Shown here: positions 17,383 to 28,170 of the stretch, one piece after another
Layout of the letters: each line of letters starts with the position of its first letter
Position numbering within the stretch: the first letter of the stretch is position 1
Assembly (NCBI GenBank): GCA_029936315.1
Contig: JAPYTD010000008.1
Coordinates: 5,443-69,442, forward strand
Length of the DNA stretch: 64,000 bases
Reading direction: 5' to 3'
Source: Planctomycetota bacterium
GTDB taxonomy: Bacteria; Planctomycetota; UBA1135; UBA2386
Made by a program: the position numbers and the translations under genes
Notes under the pieces: generated by a model
Databases searched by the model: none
What the model was told of the DNA's origin: nothing
The model's input: only the letters and a program-made list of their open reading frames with translations

Positions 17383-19047
17383 CTACTTAGCCTTCATGAC
17401 GAACTTCGCGAAGGCCTTCTCGTGCTTGGCCCAGGTCTTGGCGTTGATGCCGGCGAGCATCTTTTCGCTGATCTCGTTTTGGAGCAGCTTGGCGCGCGCC
17501 TTCGACTGCGTGGCGTAGGCCCTTGCCCGCTCTTCTTCTTCTTGCTCGGTCTCGGCGGGCTTGAACGTCATGCCCTTGGTGTTGTCGTCTTTATCGCCAA
17601 CGGCGATGGCTGTCTCGAAGTAGCGCTTGAGGAAGTTCTTGAACGCCTTGTCGCGGCTGCCGGGGCCCATCACGTAGCGCAGCGCCGACGAACGCATCTT
17701 GGTGAACTTGGCATCGTCCATGCCGAGCAGTTCTTGCAGCTTCGGCAGCTTGCCGTTGCGGTGTAACTCCCGAGCCGAGACATTGTTCCCTTGGCGGTCT
17801 ACCAGCCCGTCGAGCGCCCTGTTCTCGACGCGGAAGTCGAGCTTGCGGCCACTGACGTAGCACCCTCTGACGTAGTCGGTGAGGGCCCGCTTCAGCCAGT
17901 AGGGGGTGTAGCTGACGATGTAGGGATCGCGCTCTTGCAGGAAGTGCTGCAGGATCCCCGGGAACAGGGTGCTGATGTCGCGGCCACTTGAGCCGGTGGC
18001 AAGGTCGTAGCAGGTGCCGATCTCGCGGTCGGTGCCGAGGAGCGACCAGTCGGTCCCGCTCGACGAGCCTAAGTGACGGTATTCAGCGATGTCCTTGCAC
18101 AAGCGCAGTACGGGGCGACGCACGTAGTCTTCGCCCAGCGAGCCAAACTCCGTTTCACACCACTTGTAGAACAGTTCGGCGCCGTTCGTCATCTGCTTGG
18201 TGAACTTCGGGCTCGCGTGGGAGATGACCAGGAAGTGCTTGGACTCTGTGGTGGTCCAGTCTTCGGGGGTCGCTTTGCGGGTTGCGGCGTGATGTTGCCG
18301 CTCCATGTCCTTGCGGATTTCGTCGCGCTCCTGCGATGGACGCTTGCGCCACTCGCTGCGGAACGCCGTCCACAATCTTGTTGAGGTCCGCTTGGCGCCT
18401 TTGTGCGTGATCGGAGCCGACGCTCCGATGGCCGGAGCCTTGATGCGGATGCTCTTGAGCGCGCGCAGGCAGTTCTCTTTGACTTTGTCGAGGCGGTCTT
18501 CGAGCACTTCAAACTCGACTGCCATCTCAAAGGTCGGCTGGCGGATGACGACGCTGTAGAGATGCAGCTTCGGCTTACTCTTGTGGATCTTGACTTCGCA
18601 CATCAGGCTGTCGGTGCCGCCGATCCTGGTCTCATCTTCCTTCGAGAAGAAGAAGCCCTTGCGGTGACGCTTGACGTAGTTGCGGTAGCCCTGGTAGGGC
18701 ACGGCACCGACGCCGATGAAGGTCGAGCCCTCGTCGGTCTCGTGCACTTCGGTTGCGCTGCCCTTCTTCGCCTTCTCGGTGAAGATGATGATGCGCATCA
18801 AGCCACGATGCGCCGCAAGGCCGTCGCTGTACTTCGACAAGTAGGTCTTGTCGCTGAGGAACTTGGCTGAGATCCACTTTTCGTCGACCTGCAACGGGAT
18901 CGTTGCATAGCCTTCCGGGATCGTCATCTTGATGCCGTGTTGCTCGTGGGTCCAAACGCGGCCCTTCAGCGTTTGGGCTGTGGCGCAATTGGCGATGCTC
19001 AGAATCACAGCTACCAGTACACTCGGTGCAAGTCGTTGCATACTCAT
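17383..19047 (-). CDS. Large secreted hypothetical protein
   Basis: 554-aa ORF with a signal peptide (MSMQRLAPSVLVAVILSIANCATAQ) and a Lys/Glu-rich C-terminal tail. I cannot securely assign a family. Confidence 0.6.
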   Translation of the reverse strand: MSMQRLAPSVLVAVILSIANCATAQTLKGRVWTHEQHGIKMTIPEGYATIPLQVDEKWISAKFLSDKTYLSKYSDGLAAHRGLMRIIIFTEKAKKGSATEVHETDEGSTFIGVGAVPYQGYRNYVKRHRKGFFFSKEDETRIGGTDSLMCEVKIHKSKPKLHLYSVVIRQPTFEMAVEFEVLEDRLDKVKENCLRALKSIRIKAPAIGASAPITHKGAKRTSTRLWTAFRSEWRKRPSQERDEIRKDMERQHHAATRKATPEDWTTTESKHFLVISHASPKFTKQMTNGAELFYKWCETEFGSLGEDYVRRPVLRLCKDIAEYRHLGSSSGTDWSLLGTDREIGTCYDLATGSSGRDISTLFPGILQHFLQERDPYIVSYTPYWLKRALTDYVRGCYVSGRKLDFRVENRALDGLVDRQGNNVSARELHRNGKLPKLQELLGMDDAKFTKMRSSALRYVMGPGSRDKAFKNFLKRYFETAIAVGDKDDNTKGMTFKPAETEQEEEERARAYATQSKARAKLLQNEISEKMLAGINAKTWAKHEKAFAKFVMKAK

Positions 19048-19144
19048 GCTTAATCAGTTGCCTGGACGGATCGTAAGCGACGCAGCCCAGGGTGCATAGT
19101 GGTTGCGTGCGGAGTCGGAGGGCAATCACTTCGATTCACGGCTG

Positions 19145-19393
19145 CTACGGATGGGCAGGCCATATCCCGCACGATTTTCTCAACGGACGTCTGATTCCGT
19201 TGGTTGGTTTCGGAATTGTCCGACAAACGGGCACCTGTTCGATCTGGTTCTCGGCGAGCAGCAGCACTTCGAGATGTTCTGCGTTGGCGAGTCGTTCTGG
19301 TCAGGCCTTCAGTTGGCACGCGGTGAGTTCGCAGTCCGACAGGTCGAGTTGTTCCAGGCCGGCGAGATCGCGCGGTGGACCGTTGGCGGTCAT
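19145..19393 (-). pseudogene. Leucine-rich-repeat gene remnant with an in-frame TGA
   Basis: Hand translation gives MTANGPPRDLAGLEQLDLSDCELTACQLKA-TGA-PERLANAEHLEVLLLAENQIEQVP...HP-TAG. It contains two LxxLxLxx(N/C)xL units 28 codons apart, with a TGA at 19301-19303 between them. Confidence 0.3.
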
Positions 19394-19409
19394 CGCATTC
19401 CCTGAACGC

Positions 19410-21059
<1,650 letters not shown>

Positions 21060-21824
21060 TCAGGCGGTAGCGGTCAGGCGTTGCAGGTAGGTGTCGTAGT
21101 CGGCACGCGTTTCGATGCCCCAAGGGTTGCCTTGCGCATCGAGCACGTGAATCTGGATGTCGTTTTCGAGGAAGCGCAGCTGCTCGAGGCTTTCGGTCTC
21201 GGCGAGTCCGCTGCTCGGTAGATCGGGAATGCGTAGCAAAGTGTCGCGTGCAAAGCCGTAGACGCCGATGTGACGAAGGATCGGGAAGGCCCCTTCTTTC
21301 ACGGCATCTGCCGTATGTCCGGCCCCGTGTGGGATCGCCTCGCGGCTGAAGTAGAGCGCCTTCTGGTTGAGGCCGCGTACGACCTTGACGACGTTGGGGT
21401 TGTCGATGGTTGCTTTGTCCGTCACCTGGGCACACAGCGTGTTGCAGTATGCGGCGCCGTTGAGCAATTGGGCGACGAGCGATTCCAGGTCCGCGGGGTG
21501 AACCTCGGGCCAGTCGCCCTGTATGTCCAGAACCGCGCGGCAGTCGATTTGCATCACAGCTTCGGCGCAACGTTCACTGCCGGTGCGGCAGGCAGCGCTA
21601 GTGCGTACGACCTGATAACCGGCGCGGCGAGCGGCGGCTTCGACGTCGTCATCATCGGTCGCCACGCAGACGAGGTCGATGTTGGCGGCCTTCTTGGCTT
21701 GGTCGCACGTGTGCAAGAACAGCTCTTGACCGCTCTCCTTGAGCAGTGCTTTTCGGGGCAGCCGCTGGCTGCCGACTCGGACGGGAATGATGGCTAGCGC
21801 TTCGATGTTCGCGGGCCAACTCAC
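21060..21824 (-). CDS. kdsB: 3-deoxy-manno-octulosonate cytidylyltransferase (CMP-Kdo synthetase)
   Basis: AIIPVRVGSQRLPRKAL N-terminus, about 250 aa, KdsB-like throughout. The GTG start overlaps the upstream stop (GTGA). Confidence 0.8.
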   Translation of the reverse strand: MSWPANIEALAIIPVRVGSQRLPRKALLKESGQELFLHTCDQAKKAANIDLVCVATDDDDVEAAARRAGYQVVRTSAACRTGSERCAEAVMQIDCRAVLDIQGDWPEVHPADLESLVAQLLNGAAYCNTLCAQVTDKATIDNPNVVKVVRGLNQKALYFSREAIPHGAGHTADAVKEGAFPILRHIGVYGFARDTLLRIPDLPSSGLAETESLEQLRFLENDIQIHVLDAQGNPWGIETRADYDTYLQRLTATA

Positions 21825-22390
21825 CGCCTATTCCTCTGGGAGCTCTTCCTCTTCTTGAGTGCCCGAAGCTCGGCGTTGCGTCGCGCGAGTTCCTCCTCGG
21901 TAAGGAAAGCCGGGTAGTTGCCGTCCTTGCTGCTCGGGCCGGAGTGGTAGGCGGTGCTGCCGTTGTAGAGCGACAGAAAGTACTGGCTCGCCTTGAGGAA
22001 CGCAGCTTCACGCGGATCGGTGAAGCTGCCGCGGCGCGCCCAGATCCAGGTCTTGCCGCCCTGTTCGAGTTGCAACACATCGCGCGAGTTGCCGGGCAAC
22101 GATGGCCGGCTGAGATCGAACAACTTCTCGGCGGTGAACACATCGAGCAAGGCTTGCAGTGCCGAGTCGGGAACGACCTTGCTCATCTGGTCTTGGTCGC
22201 CGCTGTAGAACACCTCGGGGCTGCTACTGCTGTGGTTGCGAAGCGTGAACTTCGGGCCACTCTTGTAGGTCAGCGAGAAGGCCGAGGTTTCGCCGTGGCG
22301 GACCGTCAAGCTGCGTGGCAGCGAATTGCATCCCGCGAGGCCGATGGCCGCGAGCAGGAGCGAAATCCGGAGGGTAAGAGGGGCAACCAT
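21821..22390 (-). CDS. Hypothetical lipoprotein
   Basis: MVAPLTLRISLLLAAIGLAGC carries a strong lipobox (LAGC). It is coupled to kdsB by a 4-nt overlap. Confidence 0.55.
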   Translation of the reverse strand: MVAPLTLRISLLLAAIGLAGCNSLPRSLTVRHGETSAFSLTYKSGPKFTLRNHSSSSPEVFYSGDQDQMSKVVPDSALQALLDVFTAEKLFDLSRPSLPGNSRDVLQLEQGGKTWIWARRGSFTDPREAAFLKASQYFLSLYNGSTAYHSGPSSKDGNYPAFLTEEELARRNAELRALKKRKSSQRNRR

Positions 22391-22496
22391 TCCGGGCCCC
22401 GAGCTTATCGAGCAGATCGGCAAAGACCACTTCCCGACGAAAAAGGATCATGGTCGCGTGTGAGGGCGCGCCAGGCTCCTTCGAAACTCCTAACGA

Positions 22497-23054
22497 CTAC
22501 TTAGAGCGACTTTCCACACTGCCGCTGGCCGGCAACCAACGCCAGCTGGTGCCGCCTTCGTCGGACAGGGCCAGCGGAGCCTTTCCGGGTCGGTACAACA
22601 CGCAGAGCTTGGCGTTGCGTTCGAGCTTTGCGACGGCGAACGCACCTTCGGGGGCGAGCAGGATCTTGGCACCAGTGCGGTAGTCCTTGGGCACGGACTG
22701 CAGCGGCTCTTTCTGCCCCTTCTGCATCAGCCGGTAGTCATCGTCTTGGGCGGCGATGGTGAACACGGGATCCTTGGCCTTTGGCTCGCCCGGAGGCGGG
22801 GGAGTGCTGTGCTGGAGCGCCATTTGGCCGTAGGCGGATTCGTCGGTGATCTTGCCGGTCTCGACGTTGCGGCGCACGAAGGCGAAGTGGCCGAAGTTGC
22901 GTTCGTAGCAGACCAGCGGACCTGGCCCGAGCTCGATCGCATAGCCGCGCTGCCAGCCAAGATCGGGGTTGCTGGACTTCTGGCCATCGAGATCCTGCGC
23001 GTAGAGGTTGCCGATGCAGACAAGCAGTAGCAGAGGGGTCACGGAGCGGGCCAT
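22497..23054 (-). CDS. Hypothetical secreted protein
   Basis: The start is set at MARSVTPLLLLVCIGNLYAQ (signal peptide). No recognised domain. Confidence 0.45.
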   Translation of the reverse strand: MARSVTPLLLLVCIGNLYAQDLDGQKSSNPDLGWQRGYAIELGPGPLVCYERNFGHFAFVRRNVETGKITDESAYGQMALQHSTPPPPGEPKAKDPVFTIAAQDDDYRLMQKGQKEPLQSVPKDYRTGAKILLAPEGAFAVAKLERNAKLCVLYRPGKAPLALSDEGGTSWRWLPASGSVESRSK

Positions 23055-23223
23055 TCCTGGCGAACCTACAGACACTTGCGACGGTCCTGGTAAGTACCGT
23101 GTCAGTTGACTTCGGTGTTGCCGTAAGTCCGCGCCCAATGACCGTTCAGCTCACTGGTTTGCGGCGCCGAAATACCCTTGTGGCCCGCCGGTTGGCGGCG
23201 GCTGCAACTACTCTGGCTACGTC

Positions 23224-26200
23224 ATGCAACCTCGCCCCTTCCACAAGGTCCTTTGCGCGAACCGCGGTGAGATAGCGATCCGCGTCTTCCGTGCCTGTGC
23301 CGAACTCGGGATGCGCACCGTCGCGGTGTTCAGCGAGGAAGACGCAACCAACCAGCATCGCTACAAGGCCGACGAGAGCTACCTGATAGGCAAGGGCAAG
23401 GGGGCTGTCGCCGCCTATCTCGGTGGCGACGAGATCCTCAAGATTGCGAAGCAGGCGGATGTCGATGCCATCCATCCCGGCTACGGCTTCTTGTCGGAGA
23501 ACCATGAGTTTGCCGCTGCCGTGCGCGCGGCGGGCATCGCCTTCATCGGGCCGAGTGCCGACGTCATCCAGAACCTCGGCAACAAGGTCGAGGCCCGCAA
23601 GATGGCAGAGTCGTTGGGCGTACCGTGCGTCCCGGGTATCGAGCTACCGATTGATGAGCAGAAGGCGTTTCTGTTGGCGGAGAAGTTCTTCGAGGACCAC
23701 GGCACGACGATTTTCAAGGCGGCGCACGGTGGTGGTGGCCGCGGCATGCGCGTCGTCGAGCACAAGAAAGACGTCGCATCGTTGCTTGGGCAGGCGCGCA
23801 GTGAGTCACTGGCGGCGTTCGGCAGTCCGGTTGTGTTCGTCGAGAAGTACCTTGCCAAGGTCCGGCACATCGAAGTGCAAATCATCGGGGATACCCAGGG
23901 CAACGTTGCGCACCTATGTGAGCGCGATTGCTCGGTGCAGAGGCGTCACCAGAAAGTCGTCGAGATCGCGCCCGCGCCGAACCTGCCGGAGACGACGCGA
24001 GCGGCGTTGTTTGCGGATTCGCTGCGGCTGGCCAAGCACGCCGGTTACCACAACGCGGGTACGTTCGAATACCTCGTCGCCGGTGCGCGGCACTACTTCA
24101 TCGAAGTCAATCCTCGTTTGCAGGTTGAGCACACGGTGACGGAGCAGATCACTGGCGTCGACCTTGTACATGCGCAGTTGCGCGTCGAGCAAGGCTACGC
24201 ACTCGACAGTGAGATCGTTGGGCTTGGTGATCAGGGGGCAATCCAGCCGCGTGGCTATGCCATTCAGTGCCGGATCACGACCGAAGACCCGCAGAACGAC
24301 TTCCTGCCGGACACCGGTATGATCCTCGCCTATCGCTCGCCGGGCGGTTTTGGCCTGCGACTTGATGGTGGCGATAGCATGGCCGGCACCGTCGTGGGCG
24401 GGCACTACGACTCGTTGTTGGTGAAGTGCATTACGTTCTCGAAGTCGCTGGCGGGTGCGGCGCAGAAGGGTGTGCGGGCGCTGCGCGAGTTTCGCATTCG
24501 CGGCGTCAAGACCAACCTCGCCTTCCTGTGCAACGTGCTCACCCACAAGAGTTTCCTCAGTGGGGATACTTGGACGCGTTTCCTCGATGAGACCCCGGAA
24601 CTGTTCGAGATCGAGGTCGGTCGCGACCGCGCGACCAAGCTGCTGAACTACCTGGCAGACGTCATCGTCAACGGCCATCCGACCGTTCCGGCTCAGGCGC
24701 GCTTGTCGCCGTCGAAGGCCATTGCCCCGGCTCTCCCAAGTGTGCCAGAGGGCATGCCGCCGTCAGGCAGCGCCCACATTCTGGATGAAGGTGGTCCGGG
24801 TGCGGTTGTCGATTGGATCAAGGCCCAGAACAAGCCACTGCTGACGGACACAACGATGCGCGACGCGCACCAGTCGTTGCTGGCGACGCGCGTGCGCACC
24901 AAGGACATGCTCGCGATCGCACCCGCGATGGCGCACGCATGCAACCAGTTGTTCTCGTTCGAGACCTGGGGCGGCGCGACGTTCGACGTGGCCTACCGCT
25001 TTCTCAACGAGGATCCGTGGGACCGCCTCGTCAAACTGAAGAAAGCGATCCCGAACGTGCTGCACCAGATGCTGCTGCGCGGCGCCAACGCCGTTGGCTA
25101 CACGAGCTACCCGGCAAATGTCGTCGAGAGCTTCATCGACCAGGCCGCGGACTGTGGCATCGATGTGTTCCGTGTCTTCGACAGCCTCAATGACCTCAAC
25201 TCCATGGAGGTGTCGGTGCAGCGCGTCATCAAGACCCGCAAGATCGCGGAGGTGTCGATGTGCTACACCGGTGACGTCGACAACCCGGCTCGCACCAAGT
25301 ATTCGCTCGAGTACTACGCCGACCTGGCCAGGCGCATCGAAGATCTCGGCGCGCACATCCTTTGCGTCAAGGACATGGCGGGCTTGCTGCGGCCACAAGC
25401 GGCGCGCCTGCTGATTACCAGGTTGCGCGAAGTGACCGAGCTACCGATCCACTTGCACACACACGATACGTCGGGCAACGGCATCGCGACCTACATCGCG
25501 GCGATCGAGAGTGGCGTGCACATCGTCGATACGGCGCTGTCGCCGATGGCCGGCTTGACGTCGCAGCCGAGCATGAACGCGCTGATCGCCGCGATGCGTG
25601 GGCACGATCGCGAAACCAAACTGCGCAATCACGACATGCAGCCGCTGGCCGACTACTGGGAGGGCGTGCGCGAGTTCTACACGCCGTTCGAGTGCGGGCT
25701 GAAGAGCAGCACCAGTGAGGTCTACTACCACGAGATCCCCGGTGGTCAGTACTCCAACTTGAGACCGCAGGTGGCGTCGCTCGGGCTGATTGATCGTTGG
25801 GCTGATGTGCGCCACGCCTTCGCCGTCGTCAATCGTTTGGTCGGCGACATTCCGAAGGTCACCCCGTCGTCGAAGATGGTCGGCGACTTCTCGATCTTCT
25901 TGGTGCAGAACGACCTGCTCGTCATGCGCGAGAACCTGCTAACCTCGGTCGATGCCACCAAGCAGAAAGTCCTGATGGAGGCCAAGCGACTCGACTTTCC
26001 GCAGAGTGTCGTGACCTACTTCCAGGGCCATCTTGGTCAACCGCCGGGCGGCTTCCCCGACGACCTGCGTGCCGCGGTGCTCAAGGGGCAACCGGTATTG
26101 TCGGGACGTCCGAGCGATGGTTTGGCGCCGTTCGATTTTGATGCGGCGAGGGAACACGTCGTGTCGCGTATGAACCGCGCCCCGCAAGACCGGGACATCG

Positions 26201-26721
26201 TTAGCTACGCGTTGTATCCGCGCGTGCTCGATGACTACTTCGCGTTCCGCAACCGGCATAGCGACGTGTCTCTGCTGCCGACCCCGGTCTACTTCTACGG
26301 GCTCGATATGGGGCAGGAAGTGTGGATCGAGATCGAGCGTGGCAAGACGCTACTGGTCTCGCTGGAAGCTCGCGCGGCCCCGGATGAGCAGGGCATGGTC
26401 ACCGTCTACTTCAAGCTCAACGGCCAAAGCCGTCGGGTTGTGGTGCCGGATCGCTCGCTCGAAGGCGAGGTCGAAAAGCGCCGCAAGGCGGACGCAGCCA
26501 ACCCGGGCGAAGTTGGTTCGCCGATGCCGGGTCGCGTGATTGTGCTGCACGTCGCCGAAGGTGCCGAGGTTGTCGAGGGGGATCCGATACTGACGCTCGA
26601 GGCGATGAAGATGGAGACGATCGTGCGTGCGTCGGTTGCTGGCATCGTGCAGCAACTGCATACCGACGTTGGTGCTTCGGTACAGGCGGAGGATCTGCTG
26701 ATCGTGGTCGACGTGAAGTAG
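23224..26721 (+). CDS. pyc: Pyruvate carboxylase (single-chain, biotin-dependent)
   Basis: 1165 aa with a biotin carboxylase N-domain, a carboxyltransferase TIM-barrel region (TTMRDAHQS), and a C-terminal biotinyl site EAMKME. Confidence 0.95.
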   Translation: MQPRPFHKVLCANRGEIAIRVFRACAELGMRTVAVFSEEDATNQHRYKADESYLIGKGKGAVAAYLGGDEILKIAKQADVDAIHPGYGFLSENHEFAAAVRAAGIAFIGPSADVIQNLGNKVEARKMAESLGVPCVPGIELPIDEQKAFLLAEKFFEDHGTTIFKAAHGGGGRGMRVVEHKKDVASLLGQARSESLAAFGSPVVFVEKYLAKVRHIEVQIIGDTQGNVAHLCERDCSVQRRHQKVVEIAPAPNLPETTRAALFADSLRLAKHAGYHNAGTFEYLVAGARHYFIEVNPRLQVEHTVTEQITGVDLVHAQLRVEQGYALDSEIVGLGDQGAIQPRGYAIQCRITTEDPQNDFLPDTGMILAYRSPGGFGLRLDGGDSMAGTVVGGHYDSLLVKCITFSKSLAGAAQKGVRALREFRIRGVKTNLAFLCNVLTHKSFLSGDTWTRFLDETPELFEIEVGRDRATKLLNYLADVIVNGHPTVPAQARLSPSKAIAPALPSVPEGMPPSGSAHILDEGGPGAVVDWIKAQNKPLLTDTTMRDAHQSLLATRVRTKDMLAIAPAMAHACNQLFSFETWGGATFDVAYRFLNEDPWDRLVKLKKAIPNVLHQMLLRGANAVGYTSYPANVVESFIDQAADCGIDVFRVFDSLNDLNSMEVSVQRVIKTRKIAEVSMCYTGDVDNPARTKYSLEYYADLARRIEDLGAHILCVKDMAGLLRPQAARLLITRLREVTELPIHLHTHDTSGNGIATYIAAIESGVHIVDTALSPMAGLTSQPSMNALIAAMRGHDRETKLRNHDMQPLADYWEGVREFYTPFECGLKSSTSEVYYHEIPGGQYSNLRPQVASLGLIDRWADVRHAFAVVNRLVGDIPKVTPSSKMVGDFSIFLVQNDLLVMRENLLTSVDATKQKVLMEAKRLDFPQSVVTYFQGHLGQPPGGFPDDLRAAVLKGQPVLSGRPSDGLAPFDFDAAREHVVSRMNRAPQDRDIVSYALYPRVLDDYFAFRNRHSDVSLLPTPVYFYGLDMGQEVWIEIERGKTLLVSLEARAAPDEQGMVTVYFKLNGQSRRVVVPDRSLEGEVEKRRKADAANPGEVGSPMPGRVIVLHVAEGAEVVEGDPILTLEAMKMETIVRASVAGIVQQLHTDVGASVQAEDLLIVVDVK

Positions 26722-26853
26722 CGCGAAACGCGAGCGGCCGCATTACGGGCAGTCTCGGAATCTGCGGATGGCGCACGCGGTCATTGCCTGGGTGCGCGCC
26801 GTCGCCTTAGGCGAGGTCCGAAGCCGAATCCCGCTCAGGACGTAGTGCTCGTT

Positions 26854-28167
26854 CTATGGCGATGAATCGGGGCGCTGCACGGGTTGTGCCCCGTTGGCCA
26901 TCAGGCGGCCGAGCACGGCGGGGGACGCTTGGATCTCCATCAAGCAGCCCTCCTCGGTGTAGAACTCCGACAACACGGTCGCTTTGGCGCGGATTTCGGA
27001 GTGCAGCGCACCCGCGGTGTGCGGCAGGAGCAGTTCGACGCGGTTCTCGACCGCGGCCAGGTGGTTCTGGATCGCGCCCAAGAGTTCGGGCACGCCTTCG
27101 CCGTCTTGCACCGAGACGGCGAGCGCGTGGGGGTCGATGTTCCAGAGCGGCGCCAACGTGGCGCGGTCTTCGACCATGTCGAGCTTGTTGAGTACGGTCA
27201 GGCGAGGCAGGCGATCGGCCTCGAGCGTTTGCAGCACGTCATCGACGGCATGGAGTTGTTCGGCAGCTTCGGGCGAGCTGCCATCGATGAGCACGACCAG
27301 TAGGTCGGCGTGCAGCGCTTCTTCGAGCGTTGCGTGGAAGCTGGCGACGAGTTGGTGCGGCAACTTGCGCAAGAAGCCAACGGTGTCGGTCAGCAGGACC
27401 GTGCGGCCACCGGGCAGGCGCCATGGCCTGGTGCGGGTGTCGAGTGTTGAGAACAGCTTGTTCTCTGTGAGCACACCAGCTTCGGTCAGCCGGTTCATCA
27501 ACGTCGACTTGCCGGCATTGGTGTATCCGACCAAGGCGATGGTGAAGAGGTCGGGGCGCGCCCGCACTTCACGAACCTTGTGCTGTTCGATGCGCTTGAG
27601 GTCGCGTTTGACCGACGCGATGCGCGTGCGCACGAGGTTGCGGTCGACATCGATCTGCTTCTCACCCGCACCACCGCGGATGCCGATGCCGCCGCGCTGT
27701 CGTTCGAGGTGGGTCCAACGCCGACGCAGTCGCGGCATTTCGTATTGCAGTGCGGCCAGTTCAACCTGGTAGCGCGCTTGCGGTGTGCGTGCGTGGGTGC
27801 CGAATATCTGCAGGATCACTTCGCTGCGATCCATGACCGGCACGCCGACCTTGTTCTCGATGTTGCGCGCCTGGTTGGGCGTCAGCGAGTCATCGCAGAT
27901 GACGCAGCCGCTGTGCGCGAGCTTGACGACCTCGGCCAGTTCTTCGAGTTTGCCAGTACCTAGGTAACTGGTCGGGTCGGCGACTCGACGGTGTTGCACC
28001 ATGCAGCCAGCCGGCACGAAGTCGGCGGTCTCGGCGAGCTGTTGCAGTTCGGAGAGTGCTTCAGCGGCCGTGCGTGAATCACCCATCGGCATGATGCCAA
28101 ACAGGATCGCTTCGGTTGCGTGGCCCCGACGGGTGTCGAGAGCCCGGTCGTGAGTGGATTCGCCCAA
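26854..28167 (-). CDS. hflX: GTPase HflX
   Basis: GYTNAGKSTLMNRLT (G1), LLTDTVGF (G3) and NKLD (G4), plus an HflX-type N-terminal domain. Confidence 0.9.
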   Translation of the reverse strand: MGESTHDRALDTRRGHATEAILFGIMPMGDSRTAAEALSELQQLAETADFVPAGCMVQHRRVADPTSYLGTGKLEELAEVVKLAHSGCVICDDSLTPNQARNIENKVGVPVMDRSEVILQIFGTHARTPQARYQVELAALQYEMPRLRRRWTHLERQRGGIGIRGGAGEKQIDVDRNLVRTRIASVKRDLKRIEQHKVREVRARPDLFTIALVGYTNAGKSTLMNRLTEAGVLTENKLFSTLDTRTRPWRLPGGRTVLLTDTVGFLRKLPHQLVASFHATLEEALHADLLVVLIDGSSPEAAEQLHAVDDVLQTLEADRLPRLTVLNKLDMVEDRATLAPLWNIDPHALAVSVQDGEGVPELLGAIQNHLAAVENRVELLLPHTAGALHSEIRAKATVLSEFYTEEGCLMEIQASPAVLGRLMANGAQPVQRPDSSP

Positions 28168-28170
28168 GGT

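Noticed and set aside
19301-19303. In-frame TGA of the LRR fragment as a selenocysteine or programmed read-through codon
   Set aside because: No SECIS-like hairpin is evident immediately downstream. The frame degenerates after the second repeat and the fragment is tiny. A nonsense mutation in a decaying gene is the simpler explanation.
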